A stretch of 64,000 bases of DNA from Candidatus Acidiferrales bacterium (GTDB taxonomy: Bacteria; Patescibacteriota; Microgenomatia; Levybacterales; UBA12049): assembly GCA_035533875.1 (NCBI GenBank), contig DATLSZ010000001.1, forward strand, positions 3,614 to 67,613, given 5' to 3'. How positions within the stretch are numbered: the stretch's first letter is position 1; each line of letters begins with the position of its first letter. This document shows positions 1 to 8,880 of this stretch, in pieces. Below the pieces are notes generated by a model. That model ran no database searches. It saw nothing but the letters and a program-made list of their open reading frames with translations, and had not been told where the DNA came from. The position numbers and the translations under genes are program-made.

Positions 1-956
1 CGGACAATATAACAGGACCTGTTCCGGGTGATCCGAGAGCTATCTTTTATCCAGGACCAGATGCGATAAGACGTGTTGGTGAACCGCTTGTCGCTCCCGG
101 CAGATGGTACTACGCTGACGCTTATGTATACCAAAAAGGAAATTTAGCAACTACAGATCATGCGGCAGGTGCGAACGGACAGGCAGTACAACTTGAAGAT
201 AGACCGATACATGCTTCTGAATTAACGGTATTTACCGGTGAGCAGAATGAATCCCCCATACCATTTTTTCAACCGGCAAATGTAAATGGATCAGAATTCC
301 CACGGGATAGGCATGGTAATTTTGTTATTGAAAGAAGCCGAGCAACAGGCAATAGTCATAGAGAAAAAGAAGCCTTCCTTGTTTCTCGTGATGGAGAAGG
401 GTTAGTCAGGGATCATCCAGAAATTTTTGATACTATTGACCATGGTATGCGACTACTTGCGGAGCAGGGTGAAGAGGTAGATCTCGGTAATGGAATAAAA
501 ATGAGCAAACTAACGAGAAACGGCGGACAATCCCTTGTATACTTTTTAGATGTGGGTACGGAAAAATATGTAATCAGAACACATGCACCGAAAAGTCCTC
601 ATGACTCTGACCATTCTCAACCGTTTAGTAATGAAATGCAACAATACCACGCAGTTGCTGTTGACCTGAGACAAGACCTTGCTGATACTGGATTGGAAAC
701 GCCTGTCTTTATATTTGCCTCAGAAAGACTTTCTCTTACAAGACATGAGGCCGGAGACTATCCTACGAGAGAATATAAACTGCAAAAGGTAAGAAGATTT
801 TATCCTGCACTGTGGTCGTATATCAAAAATCAGATGTCAGATTTGTGGGATGGTGTGCAAATTGACACTATGGAACAAAATTTCATTCAAAAAAGTAATG
901 GAAATCTTGTATATGTAGATGCTTTTGCACGACCTCATCCTGTACGACGGAGGTAA
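1..956 (+). CDS. hypothetical protein, 5'-truncated by window edge; C-terminal half looks like a minimal protein-kinase-like fold (tentative)
   Basis: Frame 3 is open from nt 3 to the stop at 954-956; the ORF track only reports the internal Met at 447. Motifs read by eye: GGQSLVYFLDVGTEKYVIRTH (Gly-rich strand plus beta3-like), IDTMEQNF and LVYVDAF (catalytic-loop-like and DFG-like). Confidence 0.6.
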   Translation, partial: DNITGPVPGDPRAIFYPGPDAIRRVGEPLVAPGRWYYADAYVYQKGNLATTDHAAGANGQAVQLEDRPIHASELTVFTGEQNESPIPFFQPANVNGSEFPRDRHGNFVIERSRATGNSHREKEAFLVSRDGEGLVRDHPEIFDTIDHGMRLLAEQGEEVDLGNGIKMSKLTRNGGQSLVYFLDVGTEKYVIRTHAPKSPHDSDHSQPFSNEMQQYHAVAVDLRQDLADTGLETPVFIFASERLSLTRHEAGDYPTREYKLQKVRRFYPALWSYIKNQMSDLWDGVQIDTMEQNFIQKSNGNLVYVDAFARPHPVRRR

Positions 957-993
957 ACTAAAAACAACACAAGACAAACAGTCACACACCACT

Positions 994-1021
994 TTACCTA
1001 CTATGGGATTTATAGTATAAT
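994..1021 (+). promoter_or_regulatory. sigma70-type promoter, leaderless configuration
   Basis: TTACCT-16 nt-TATAAT; ATG 1031 lies 9 nt after the -10. Confidence 0.5.
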
Positions 1022-1030
1022 TCCTTCATT

Positions 1031-2329
1031 ATGCAATTGAGAAAAGAATTAACAGCTGAAGGCGCACAGCAGCCGAGAAGCGACAGTCTGTTACCAAAAT
1101 TTACCGATATCGGCAGAAATTTAGGAGCAAGAGTCATCCCTAGCCGAAAAATACATATTCGGCAAAGAGAAACAGGACTTCCTTCTTCTCCTCGTCCTGC
1201 AAAAATTACTACTGCTTTGTCCCCCATTCTTTCACCAGGAACAGGATCAGATAAAGCAGCAAGATCTCCAGGTGGATCTCGCAAACTTCATATTCGAGAA
1301 TCAACCGGTCAAAGTGCCGCAGATCCTCACGATGATAAAGCAGTTCCCGGTAATGGTATGCCCGAGCGGCAAGCTAAAGATACGGGCACTCAAAGAGCAG
1401 TTGTTGCAGCTGAACCGGGAAGACAAGCAGTAGTATCCGGTCCCGCTGCCAATGTCTCACCGCCTGAAGTGTCAAGATGGCCTGATAACCGTCGTACCGG
1501 GACTCCCGGTCCTGAGGTAAAGAAAAACGAAGTAACAGCCGGCTCTGCCCGTACAGATACGCCAGCTAGCGGAACGGCAGCTGTTGCAAAGCCTGCACTC
1601 CCTGTAGTAGATCATGATTCAGCGAGAGCTTACAGTGAATCACAAAAAGATCATTATGATATGACAACTGTTGACCGGGAACGGTCATTTGGAGATTACC
1701 TGTCTCTATTTACTCTCTCTGAAGAGGAACTGCGAGGAAGACGAGTTGTTGATTTCGGATCAGGTATGAGATTAGCATATGCAAAACAAGCTAAGGAACA
1801 AGGAATAACTGTTCTTTCGATTAACCCTGAGCTTCGTAGAAAAGGCAATCGTACCACGAGTGAAGAGGAACCTTTTACAGGAAGAATACCTTTGCTCAGG
1901 AGAGTAAGCGATTTGGCACCTACCGGGAAAATAAAAGATGCAATTACTAGTAGAATAAAACAAAGAGTTCCAGCTATAGCAGCAATTGGACAAATGCTGC
2001 CTCTTCGAAGTGGATGTGTTGATGTGGGTACTGACTTGTTAGCGATTTCTCTTTATTTACCTCTTGAACAAGATGCGTACACAAGATATTTTGGTGAAAT
2101 AGACAGAGTTATAAGCCCTGGCGGACAAATGAATATCGCCGTTTGGCTTGATGAAGAACCCCAAAGAAAAGAGCTTATCGAAAAGGAATTACAGAAATTA
2201 CAAAAAGAAGGATATACAATAACCACATCTCGACAGTTTCTTGAAGCTCACGATGCAACAATATTTAAAATCAGAAAACCATCCTCAGCAAGCATTGTAG
2301 CTAAGACCACTGCTGATACGACAAAGTAA
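1031..2329 (+). CDS. orphan protein: ~200-aa Pro/Arg/Ser-rich disordered N-terminus plus class I SAM-methyltransferase-like C-terminal domain
   Basis: ATG 1031 lies 9 nt after TATAAT (1016-1021). Motif I-like VVDFGSGMR, later ISPGGQMNI, and a C-terminal EGYTITT...IFKIRKP typical of MTase folds. Confidence 0.6.
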   Translation: MQLRKELTAEGAQQPRSDSLLPKFTDIGRNLGARVIPSRKIHIRQRETGLPSSPRPAKITTALSPILSPGTGSDKAARSPGGSRKLHIRESTGQSAADPHDDKAVPGNGMPERQAKDTGTQRAVVAAEPGRQAVVSGPAANVSPPEVSRWPDNRRTGTPGPEVKKNEVTAGSARTDTPASGTAAVAKPALPVVDHDSARAYSESQKDHYDMTTVDRERSFGDYLSLFTLSEEELRGRRVVDFGSGMRLAYAKQAKEQGITVLSINPELRRKGNRTTSEEEPFTGRIPLLRRVSDLAPTGKIKDAITSRIKQRVPAIAAIGQMLPLRSGCVDVGTDLLAISLYLPLEQDAYTRYFGEIDRVISPGGQMNIAVWLDEEPQRKELIEKELQKLQKEGYTITTSRQFLEAHDATIFKIRKPSSASIVAKTTADTTK

Positions 2330-2341
2330 GTTACTGTAAAT

Positions 2342-2710
2342 TTATGAACTCATGGGGATCTGCTCTTCGGTGAATTGCGAGTAGCGTTTGATGATATAAA
2401 ATCCTGAAAGACTTGGTAATAATTGCAGAATTGGTTTAATCTCTTGATAGATCATGCTGGCATCATTGCCGTAAATATAAAATGTGACACTCTCCTCATT
2501 CTGTCTTTCACAAAATTCATGTCCGTCATATCTGCCAACTCCTGATGCTTCTATTACCTCCCGTATGATATCATCCAAGTCAAAAACGGCGTCAAGCGCC
2601 TTTTTATTTTCTAGTTTGCCGATCGGAAATTGCAAACAGATAATCACTGCCTGCTCTTCCTGCCTGACTCCGACGGGCGAATTATCAAGTAATTCATCCG
2701 TAGGATCCAT
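2342..2710 (-). CDS. hypothetical small acidic protein
   Basis: 122-aa ORF converging on the previous gene, 12 nt apart; no recognisable motif. Confidence 0.5.
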   Translation of the reverse strand: MDPTDELLDNSPVGVRQEEQAVIICLQFPIGKLENKKALDAVFDLDDIIREVIEASGVGRYDGHEFCERQNEESVTFYIYGNDASMIYQEIKPILQLLPSLSGFYIIKRYSQFTEEQIPMSS

Positions 2711-2766
2711 ACTCTACTATTTATTCTATAGGTATTTTCACAAAATATGCAAGAGGAGAAAAGGGG

Positions 2767-3453
2767 CTACCACACTATCTTATGCTCGAATCCATTCTCA
2801 TTCGGGCTAGAAATTAGCTTGTCTTCTTTAGCTTTCTTCAACAACGTCATTACTTCCTCATCCGTCACCTGCCGAAAATCTTGATAGTACTGACCTATCG
2901 CCTCAAGTCTTTCTAGAGATTCCAAACAAATGATAGAATCAACCCAACTCCGCAACTCATTTCCGGTTTCTTTAGAACATACCGGAACAGCTAGGATGAT
3001 TTTTTTGGGATGGTGTTTTTTTATCGACAATAGTGCAGCCCGTGCGGTTACCCCTGTTGCGAGTCCATCATCGACAAGAATTACTGTTTTATTGGTCAAA
3101 AGAGGAAGTGAATCGCCATTTCTGTACAATTGCCTTCTCCTTTCAAGTTCTGTTACTTCTTGTTCTTTGATAGACCGCAGGATGTTATTAGGAATCTGTA
3201 GCATGTCAATCATGTCTGTATCCCAAAAAAGAACTCCATCTTCTGCAACGGCACCGATTCCCAGCTCAGGATTTCGTGGTGAACCTAACTTCCTGACAAT
3301 TACTACCTCAAGCGGCGTTTGAAGTAGCTGAGCAACCTGATATCCTACTGTTACCCCACCTCTCGGAAGTGCGACAACTATCGTACTGTTCTTCGCGTGT
3401 TTCACCAATTTCTCCGCGAGTTTTTTTCCTGCCTCAATTCTATCTTTGAACAT
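2767..3453 (-). CDS. predicted phosphoribosyltransferase (type I PRTase fold, COG1926-like)
   Basis: PRPP-binding loop VILVDDGLATGVT, N-terminal ALPRGGV, ~220-aa length typical of this family. Confidence 0.8.
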   Translation of the reverse strand: MFKDRIEAGKKLAEKLVKHAKNSTIVVALPRGGVTVGYQVAQLLQTPLEVVIVRKLGSPRNPELGIGAVAEDGVLFWDTDMIDMLQIPNNILRSIKEQEVTELERRRQLYRNGDSLPLLTNKTVILVDDGLATGVTARAALLSIKKHHPKKIILAVPVCSKETGNELRSWVDSIICLESLERLEAIGQYYQDFRQVTDEEVMTLLKKAKEDKLISSPNENGFEHKIVW

Positions 3454-3643
3454 AATTCCCCATCATCATAACCTGATAACACATGAGAATAATAAATAAT
3501 AAGTAAGAATATGATAAGAAACTAAAAATAAACTTTATATAAACTTTTATGGTGATATACTTATCATTGCATTGTAATAAGAACTCAACAGTGTTGTAAC
3601 GACATTTTTCTTTTGCTATGATATATTTTTAAAGAGATCCTTT

Positions 3644-4696
3644 ATGCATTCGAATACCAATGAACGAACAGCATCAAAAAGAATTCACTGGATAGATATT
3701 GCTCGTGGTATTGCAATAGTTCTTGTCATCTATGGTCATCTTTTCAGTACAGACCAGCAGCGTTATCTGATTTATGCATTCCACATGCCCCTCTTCTTTT
3801 TCATCTCCGGACTGGTATTCAAACCAATAACTGCCAAACCCTTACTGTTTATTGCTCTTAAATACTTCAAACAATTACTGATCCCTTATTATATTTTTGC
3901 GGTTCTCACATATATATTTGCGCTTATTTCACAAACTGCGAGCCTCAGTCTCAGCGGTACTGCCTATCAATTGTTCGGGATACTTTACGGAAGCGGGAGT
4001 GACGGTATGCTTGGATACAATGTGGTCTTATGGTTCCTTCCCTGTCTTTTTATTACCAAACTTACTCTTGCCGTAATAACACGAAAGATATCACAGACCC
4101 GGCACATTCTCCTTTTTCTTGTCGCAAGCGGAACGGTTGGCGCATTTCTTTCTTATGCAACTCCATGGCTGAAGCTGCCTTTTGGTTTTGAAATCGCGTT
4201 GAATTCACTTCCTTTCCTCGGCGCAGGATATCTTTTTATGACTCATAAAAGATTTCTAGGAAATTTTATAAAATACAAATTGCCGATTGCCGCAGCATCA
4301 TTGATCCTTACGTCTTGTATCGCAACGGTAGATTATCAGCTTTCAGGTCATCAGGTTGATCTCCGGATCAACAGAATCGATATCGTTCCTCTTTTTTATC
4401 TTGGCGCTTTTGGCGGAATCAGCACGTGGATGGCAGTCAGTCAACTGATTGCCAAAAGTGTATTTTTGGAATATATCGGCAAACACTCACTCGTCATCTT
4501 TGCCTGGCACAATATTCTACTCGTTGATCTTCGGGAGATCGTTGGTTCACTCTTGACGCAAGATGTACTCAACTCAATTCAACCTTTTATGTCGACAATT
4601 TATACTGGCATGGCAATAAGTATTATTCTTTTCAGCAGAAAAGTATTCGTCAAACTTAAAGTAGCCTATCGCTATGTACCTTTTATAAAGCAATAA
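3644..4696 (+). CDS. membrane acyltransferase, acyltransferase-3 family
   Basis: About 10 predicted TM helices; N-terminal IHWIDIARGIAIVLVIYGHL is the family signature. Confidence 0.8.
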   Translation: MHSNTNERTASKRIHWIDIARGIAIVLVIYGHLFSTDQQRYLIYAFHMPLFFFISGLVFKPITAKPLLFIALKYFKQLLIPYYIFAVLTYIFALISQTASLSLSGTAYQLFGILYGSGSDGMLGYNVVLWFLPCLFITKLTLAVITRKISQTRHILLFLVASGTVGAFLSYATPWLKLPFGFEIALNSLPFLGAGYLFMTHKRFLGNFIKYKLPIAAASLILTSCIATVDYQLSGHQVDLRINRIDIVPLFYLGAFGGISTWMAVSQLIAKSVFLEYIGKHSLVIFAWHNILLVDLREIVGSLLTQDVLNSIQPFMSTIYTGMAISIILFSRKVFVKLKVAYRYVPFIKQ

Positions 4697-4719
4697 ACTC
4701 CCCAATCGAGGAGTTTATT
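4692..4719. terminator. bidirectional hairpin terminator between convergent genes
   Basis: Perfect 10-bp stem AATAAACTCC/GGAGTTTATT with an 8-nt loop; includes the stop codon at 4694-4696. Confidence 0.6.
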
Positions 4720-4745
4720 GCGACAACTAATCTAGTCCCCTAACA

Positions 4746-5222
4746 TTACTGTCCGGTTGGAGCAGATTGGCCACCGGTTCTACCGCCTCTCATCATAAAT
4801 GCACCATTGCCGATCGTGACATCCAATGCAGTGACGCTGCCGTCTGAATTGGTTGTACCAATAGCTGTAACGGTAATCCCGGATTTCAGGTCCGAAACAG
4901 AACCGCTTGTTGCTTTATTGATCTTGGTTTGGCTGGTAAGATTGACGATCTTACTGCTGCCATCAGTTAATTTGACAGTAACACTATCGCTGCCGGTACT
5001 GATGATCTGACCTCTCACCGGTGTCATTCCTTGAGCTCCTCCCGGTCCTCCAAATGTTCGTTGGCCGCCTTGTCCGTTAAAGCTCCGGTAAAACTGACCG
5101 CCAGCACTACTGGCAAATCCTGCGCGCAGCTGAGTCTTTTGATATAATGTACCGCCGTAGAACGCGCCTGCGCCAACAACGATAACTAAAATAAGTACAT
5201 AGAGTGGTTTAATTGGCTTCAT
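4746..5222 (-). CDS. small exported Gly-rich protein (DUF5666-like beta domain, tentative)
   Basis: N-terminal TM/signal KPLYVLILVIVVGAGAF; perfect SD GGAGGTG (5228-5234, minus) 5 nt upstream of ATG 5222. The track start at 5240 is a TTG inside the SD. Confidence 0.7.
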   Translation of the reverse strand: MKPIKPLYVLILVIVVGAGAFYGGTLYQKTQLRAGFASSAGGQFYRSFNGQGGQRTFGGPGGAQGMTPVRGQIISTGSDSVTVKLTDGSSKIVNLTSQTKINKATSGSVSDLKSGITVTAIGTTNSDGSVTALDVTIGNGAFMMRGGRTGGQSAPTGQ

Positions 5223-5260
5223 AGTCTCACCTCCTCTCAAATAATTAAAATTGAAACGAG

Positions 5261-6481
5261 TTATTCGTATCTCAGTGCTTCAATCGGCTCAAGTCCGGCT
5301 GCTTTTTGTGCCGGATACCAGCCGAACAATACTCCGATTCCTGCCGAAACAACAAATGCAACCAGAACCGATTGCGGTGATAAGACAAAAGGAGAACTCG
5401 TTGCTGCAGAAATTCCATACGATAGAACAATTCCCAAAATTACTCCGATTATGCCGCCAGCGAAGGTAAGGATAATTGATTCTGTGAGAAATTGGGTAAT
5501 CACCGTCTTCTTCTTCGCGCCCAAAGCTTTCCTCAAACCAATTTCTCTTGTCCGTTCAGTGACGGTAACTAGCATGATATTCATAATGCCGATGCCGCCG
5601 ACAAGGAGTGAAATTGCAGCAATTCCTGACAGCAAGGTTGTAAACGTACCCGTAGCAGACGAAGCAGCATTCAAAATATCCTGCTGGGAAAAAATAGAAA
5701 AGTCTGCTTGCGTCGGATCAGAAAGTTTGTGCCTGCTCAACAATACATAACCGACTTGATTCTCGGCATCTGTCATCACGTCTTGGCTTTTTGCCTCAAG
5801 AGCAATTGAGTTAAGATACGATTGACCAAAGACTTGTGACTGTGCGGTAGTGAGCGGGATATAAGCGATGGCATCCTGATTGGCAAATCCGGTCCCGCCT
5901 TTGGAAACCGTTATGCCGACGATGCGGAATGAAATTCCTTTGATACGGATTGATTGTCCTATGGGGTCGGGATTATTTGGGAATAGATCGGATACGACAG
6001 TCGGTCCGATGACAGCAACTTTTGCCGCACCGTTATTATCTTGTTCTGTAATGAAATTGCCTGTCTGTATGGTAACTTTATGTACTTCAGAATATGTTGC
6101 TGTTGATCCTATTACTTGGATGTTACTATTGTTTCTCCCTGCGGTTACCTGTTCTCTCCCTTCTACCTCGGGAGAAACAGCTTGGATTGTCGTTATCTGC
6201 GGTGAAGTCTGGATTGCCTTTGCGTCGTCATTGGTAAGGGTTGTTGCGCCGCCGGCTGCACCACGAACGCCACCACTGCTTTGCGAGCCCGGACTCACGG
6301 TAAGTAAATTTGCACCCAGTGATTGTATCGAGTTTTGGACAGATTGCTGTGTCGCTTGTCCCAAAGAAACAAGCGCGATAACGCTGCCGATCCCGATGAC
6401 AATACCCAGAATTGCGAGACCGGTCCGCATCTTATTTACCGTTAATGTCTGTAGACTTTCAATAATTGTTTCTGTATCCAT
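5261..6481 (-). CDS. ABC transporter permease, MacB/FtsX type
   Basis: N-terminal TM, ~230-aa extracytoplasmic domain, C-terminal FtsX-like 3-TM bundle (GIGIMNIMLVTVTERTREIGLRKALGA). Confidence 0.9.
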   Translation of the reverse strand: MDTETIIESLQTLTVNKMRTGLAILGIVIGIGSVIALVSLGQATQQSVQNSIQSLGANLLTVSPGSQSSGGVRGAAGGATTLTNDDAKAIQTSPQITTIQAVSPEVEGREQVTAGRNNSNIQVIGSTATYSEVHKVTIQTGNFITEQDNNGAAKVAVIGPTVVSDLFPNNPDPIGQSIRIKGISFRIVGITVSKGGTGFANQDAIAYIPLTTAQSQVFGQSYLNSIALEAKSQDVMTDAENQVGYVLLSRHKLSDPTQADFSIFSQQDILNAASSATGTFTTLLSGIAAISLLVGGIGIMNIMLVTVTERTREIGLRKALGAKKKTVITQFLTESIILTFAGGIIGVILGIVLSYGISAATSSPFVLSPQSVLVAFVVSAGIGVLFGWYPAQKAAGLEPIEALRYE

Positions 6482-6482
6482 A

Positions 6483-6560
6483 GTTCGGAATACTCAGATA
6501 ACTCAGAATTTCAGAGTGTCTGACTTTCAGAATTTCTGAAGTTCTGATTACTCTGAGTTT
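6483..6560 (-). repeat. tandem-unit hairpin element, family 1 (CTCAGAA/TTCTGAG words)
   Basis: Arms 6492-6515 (ACTCAGATAACTCAGAATTTCAGA) and 6535-6558 match as an inverted repeat at 20 of 24 positions (hand count). The sense strand ends TTCCGAACT-ATG of the permease gene. Confidence 0.8.
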
Positions 6561-7257
6561 TTGCTTTTGTTGGATTTTTATTCTCTCGATCGCTCACAAT
6601 TTTCCCGTCTCGTACCGTAATAATACGTTTGGCATGCGCTGCTATATCCGGTTCATGAGTGATCATCACGACTGTATGGCCTTTTTCATTGATATCCTGA
6701 AAAATTGCCATCACTTCCTCGGCTTGTGCAGAAGCGATATTCCCCGTCGGCTCATCCGCAAGGAGCAGCGCGGGATCCATAGTAAGTCCTCGTGCGATCG
6801 CTACTCGCTGCTGCTGCCCGCCAGAGATTTGATTGGATGTATGATTGAGCCGTTCACTAAGCCCCACCATCTGCAGATATTTAACCGCGCGTTCATGCCG
6901 TTCTTCAAGTGGAATGCCCGCATACCGCATCGGTAACATAACGTTTTGCAAAACAGTAGTCCTAGGCAATAGATTAAATGCCTGAAAAATAAATCCAATT
7001 TTTTGGTTACGGATATCGGCCAACTCGTCATCTGTCAGATTTCCAACATTCTCTCCGTCAAGGATATACATCCCGCTTGACGGGGTATCCAAACATCCGA
7101 GTAGATGCATCAATGTCGATTTGCCGCTTCCTGAAGGGCCCATGATTGCGACAAATTCACCTTTCTTTATAGAAAATGAAACATCATCAAGTGCGACTGT
7201 CTCGCCCGCTGCGGTACTATAAATTTTGGTCAGATGTGATACGTCGATAATATTCAT
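6511..7257 (-). CDS. ABC transporter ATP-binding protein (MacB/LolD-like)
   Basis: Walker [10 protein letters not shown], signature [13 protein letters not shown], Walker B LLLADEPT. The last ~15 codons are encoded by the hairpin repeat at 6483-6560. Confidence 0.95.
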   Translation of the reverse strand: MNIIDVSHLTKIYSTAAGETVALDDVSFSIKKGEFVAIMGPSGSGKSTLMHLLGCLDTPSSGMYILDGENVGNLTDDELADIRNQKIGFIFQAFNLLPRTTVLQNVMLPMRYAGIPLEERHERAVKYLQMVGLSERLNHTSNQISGGQQQRVAIARGLTMDPALLLADEPTGNIASAQAEEVMAIFQDINEKGHTVVMITHEPDIAAHAKRIITVRDGKIVSDRENKNPTKAKTQSNQNFRNSESQTL

Positions 7258-7337
7258 GACTCATAACTTCTCAGAAATTCAGTATTTTAAACTGTAAAAA
7301 GTAACTTTTAATTTTGCATTTTGAACTTTTAACTTTT
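7258..7337 (-). repeat. degenerate low-complexity spacer with weak hairpin potential
   Basis: TCAGAAATTCAG word plus AAAAGT/ACTTTT repeats; fills the HlyD-stop to ATPase-start spacer. Weak member at best. Confidence 0.3.
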
Positions 7338-8687
7338 TTACCCGCCGCGCCGGAAAAATACAGCTCCGCCTCCACCACCCCTGCCGCCGGCACCGCTGAA
7401 GGGTGATGCTGTTGAGGAAGAACCACTTGTTGTCGTACTTGTACCAATGACAACTGTATCTCCTTCACTGATACCTGATGAAATTTCTGTATTGGTGTCA
7501 TCAGAGATACCTGTTGTCACAGGAACTTCGGTAAGTTGTCCATTTTTGAGAACCCGCACATATGATGAGCCGTTGGATGTTTGGACAGCTGCTGTTGGAA
7601 CAGTAATGACATTGTCCGCTCTTGCTGTTTGTATATTCACTGATGCGGTCATACCGGATTTGATTTCAGATGGCGGCGAAACAAGGTCAATATATACATT
7701 ATATGTCACAACACCAGACGAGGATGTGCCGATACTATCAACATTAACGACCTTACCGACAAACGTCTGGTTAGGAAACGCATCCAGGGTAACCGTCGCG
7801 TTTTGTCCGACTTTTATACTTGGCAGATCAACTTCATTTACCTGTGCAACAACGGAAAGATTGGAGAAATTCCCGATAACTAATACGGTAGAACTGCTGG
7901 AGTTAGAAGATGAACTTGAGCTGGTGCTTGAACTGTTTGAGGAACTTGACGACGAAGAATTGGAATTATTATTGGATGCAGTTACGCTGCTGCCGGCACT
8001 CACTGATAGATTTGCAACTGTTCCCCCAACAGGCGCGGTAACAGTAGCATTTTGCGTAGCTTGATAAGAAAGTGATGCACTTTGCAAAGCAGCTTGCGCT
8101 TGACTGATCACACCTGCCTGATTTTTATAATCAGCCTCTGCTTGTAACCAGTCGGCGTTTTCCTCAATATATACCGGATCTTGCTTTTGCAGATCGGTAG
8201 GATTCGGGACACCTTTATCATTGATGAATGTCTGGTTTGCTTTAAATAGTGCAGACTGCAACGAATTCATCTTCGATTGAGCAGTATTCAGAGTATTTTG
8301 CGCAGTTAGATAACTGGCATACGCGGTTGCTTTTTCTTCAGGAGTTGCTGTAGATTTCACCGAAAATAATTTTTGTCCCTCAGTTACCGTATCGCCATTC
8401 TTAACGTAGACATCCTGAACAATACCTGTTGCTGGTGATGTCACTGATGTTTGTGAGTCCGCGCTAACATTACCGCTTTCCGAAACTGTTGCGATAATAC
8501 TTGCCCGTTGTGCCGTCGCGGTTTGGTATTGCGACGAAGTACTCTTTTGTCCAAATAATCGTGCCCAGGCAAACCAAATCACAACGATAATGACAATAAT
8601 TATCAAGCCTTTTTTCCACAATGATAATCCCAATAACCGGTCGAGAAGAATTGGCTTTTTTGCCTTGGGTAGATTCGAAACACTCAT
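7338..8687 (-). CDS. efflux adaptor, HlyD/MacA-type membrane fusion protein
   Basis: N-terminal TM, coiled-coil hairpin, beta-barrel C-terminus, upstream of the ABC pair. ATG 8687 lies 9 nt after TATAAT (8697-8702, minus). Contains a Ser/Asn low-complexity insert. Confidence 0.85.
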   Translation of the reverse strand: MSVSNLPKAKKPILLDRLLGLSLWKKGLIIIVIIVVIWFAWARLFGQKSTSSQYQTATAQRASIIATVSESGNVSADSQTSVTSPATGIVQDVYVKNGDTVTEGQKLFSVKSTATPEEKATAYASYLTAQNTLNTAQSKMNSLQSALFKANQTFINDKGVPNPTDLQKQDPVYIEENADWLQAEADYKNQAGVISQAQAALQSASLSYQATQNATVTAPVGGTVANLSVSAGSSVTASNNNSNSSSSSSSNSSSTSSSSSSNSSSSTVLVIGNFSNLSVVAQVNEVDLPSIKVGQNATVTLDAFPNQTFVGKVVNVDSIGTSSSGVVTYNVYIDLVSPPSEIKSGMTASVNIQTARADNVITVPTAAVQTSNGSSYVRVLKNGQLTEVPVTTGISDDTNTEISSGISEGDTVVIGTSTTTSGSSSTASPFSGAGGRGGGGGAVFFRRGG

Positions 8688-8696
8688 GATACTCAA

Positions 8697-8702
8697 ATTA
8701 TA
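8697..8702 (-). promoter_or_regulatory. -10 box, leaderless configuration (efflux operon)
   Basis: TATAAT, then 9 nt, then ATG 8687. Confidence 0.5.
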
Positions 8703-8880
8703 ATTTTGTCTTACTTAATATATGCTTAACTATTCGCACTGAAACAAAATACATCAACTATCTCTATAGTAAGATAATAACGGGAGCAGTACAAGTTGAT
8801 ATTCAGAAACGAGTAACAAGTGAATGAGTGACGAGGAATACATAGGTACAAACCAAGTACTAATCACTCGTTACTATTCA

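Noticed and set aside
994-1284. 96-aa minus-strand ORF overlapping the disordered N-terminus of the 1031-2329 gene
   Set aside because: The plus-strand frame stays open for 432 codons and is preceded by a TATAAT in leaderless geometry. The minus ORF has no start context. Some doubt remains because the region is low-complexity.
5880-6539. Long antisense ORFs inside well-supported genes (5880-6539, 7447-8064, 36666-37163, 38393-39055, 39707-40201, 52240-52734, 52962-53411)
   Set aside because: Each is a shadow ORF opposite a gene with clear family motifs. Their compositions are low-complexity or Cys/Arg-rich, as is typical of antisense frames.
6483-6560. Whether the short repeated words in the intergenic elements (also at 27181, 37893, 61636 and 63651) are CRISPR arrays
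   Set aside because: The units are only 7-9 nt, degenerate and directly abutting, with no unique spacers. The second half is the inverted complement of the first. No cas genes are in the window.
7887-7976. Ser/Asn-rich stretch in the HlyD-family gene as a DNA-level repeat or contingency locus
   Set aside because: It is in frame, lacks a strict unit length and lies in a surface loop region. It is best explained as a low-complexity linker.
8790-8880. Possible hairpin terminator after apbE (GAGTAACAAGTGAATGAGTGA versus TCACTCGTTACTATTCAC)
   Set aside because: The complementary blocks are permuted rather than nested, so no single stable stem forms. It was left unannotated.
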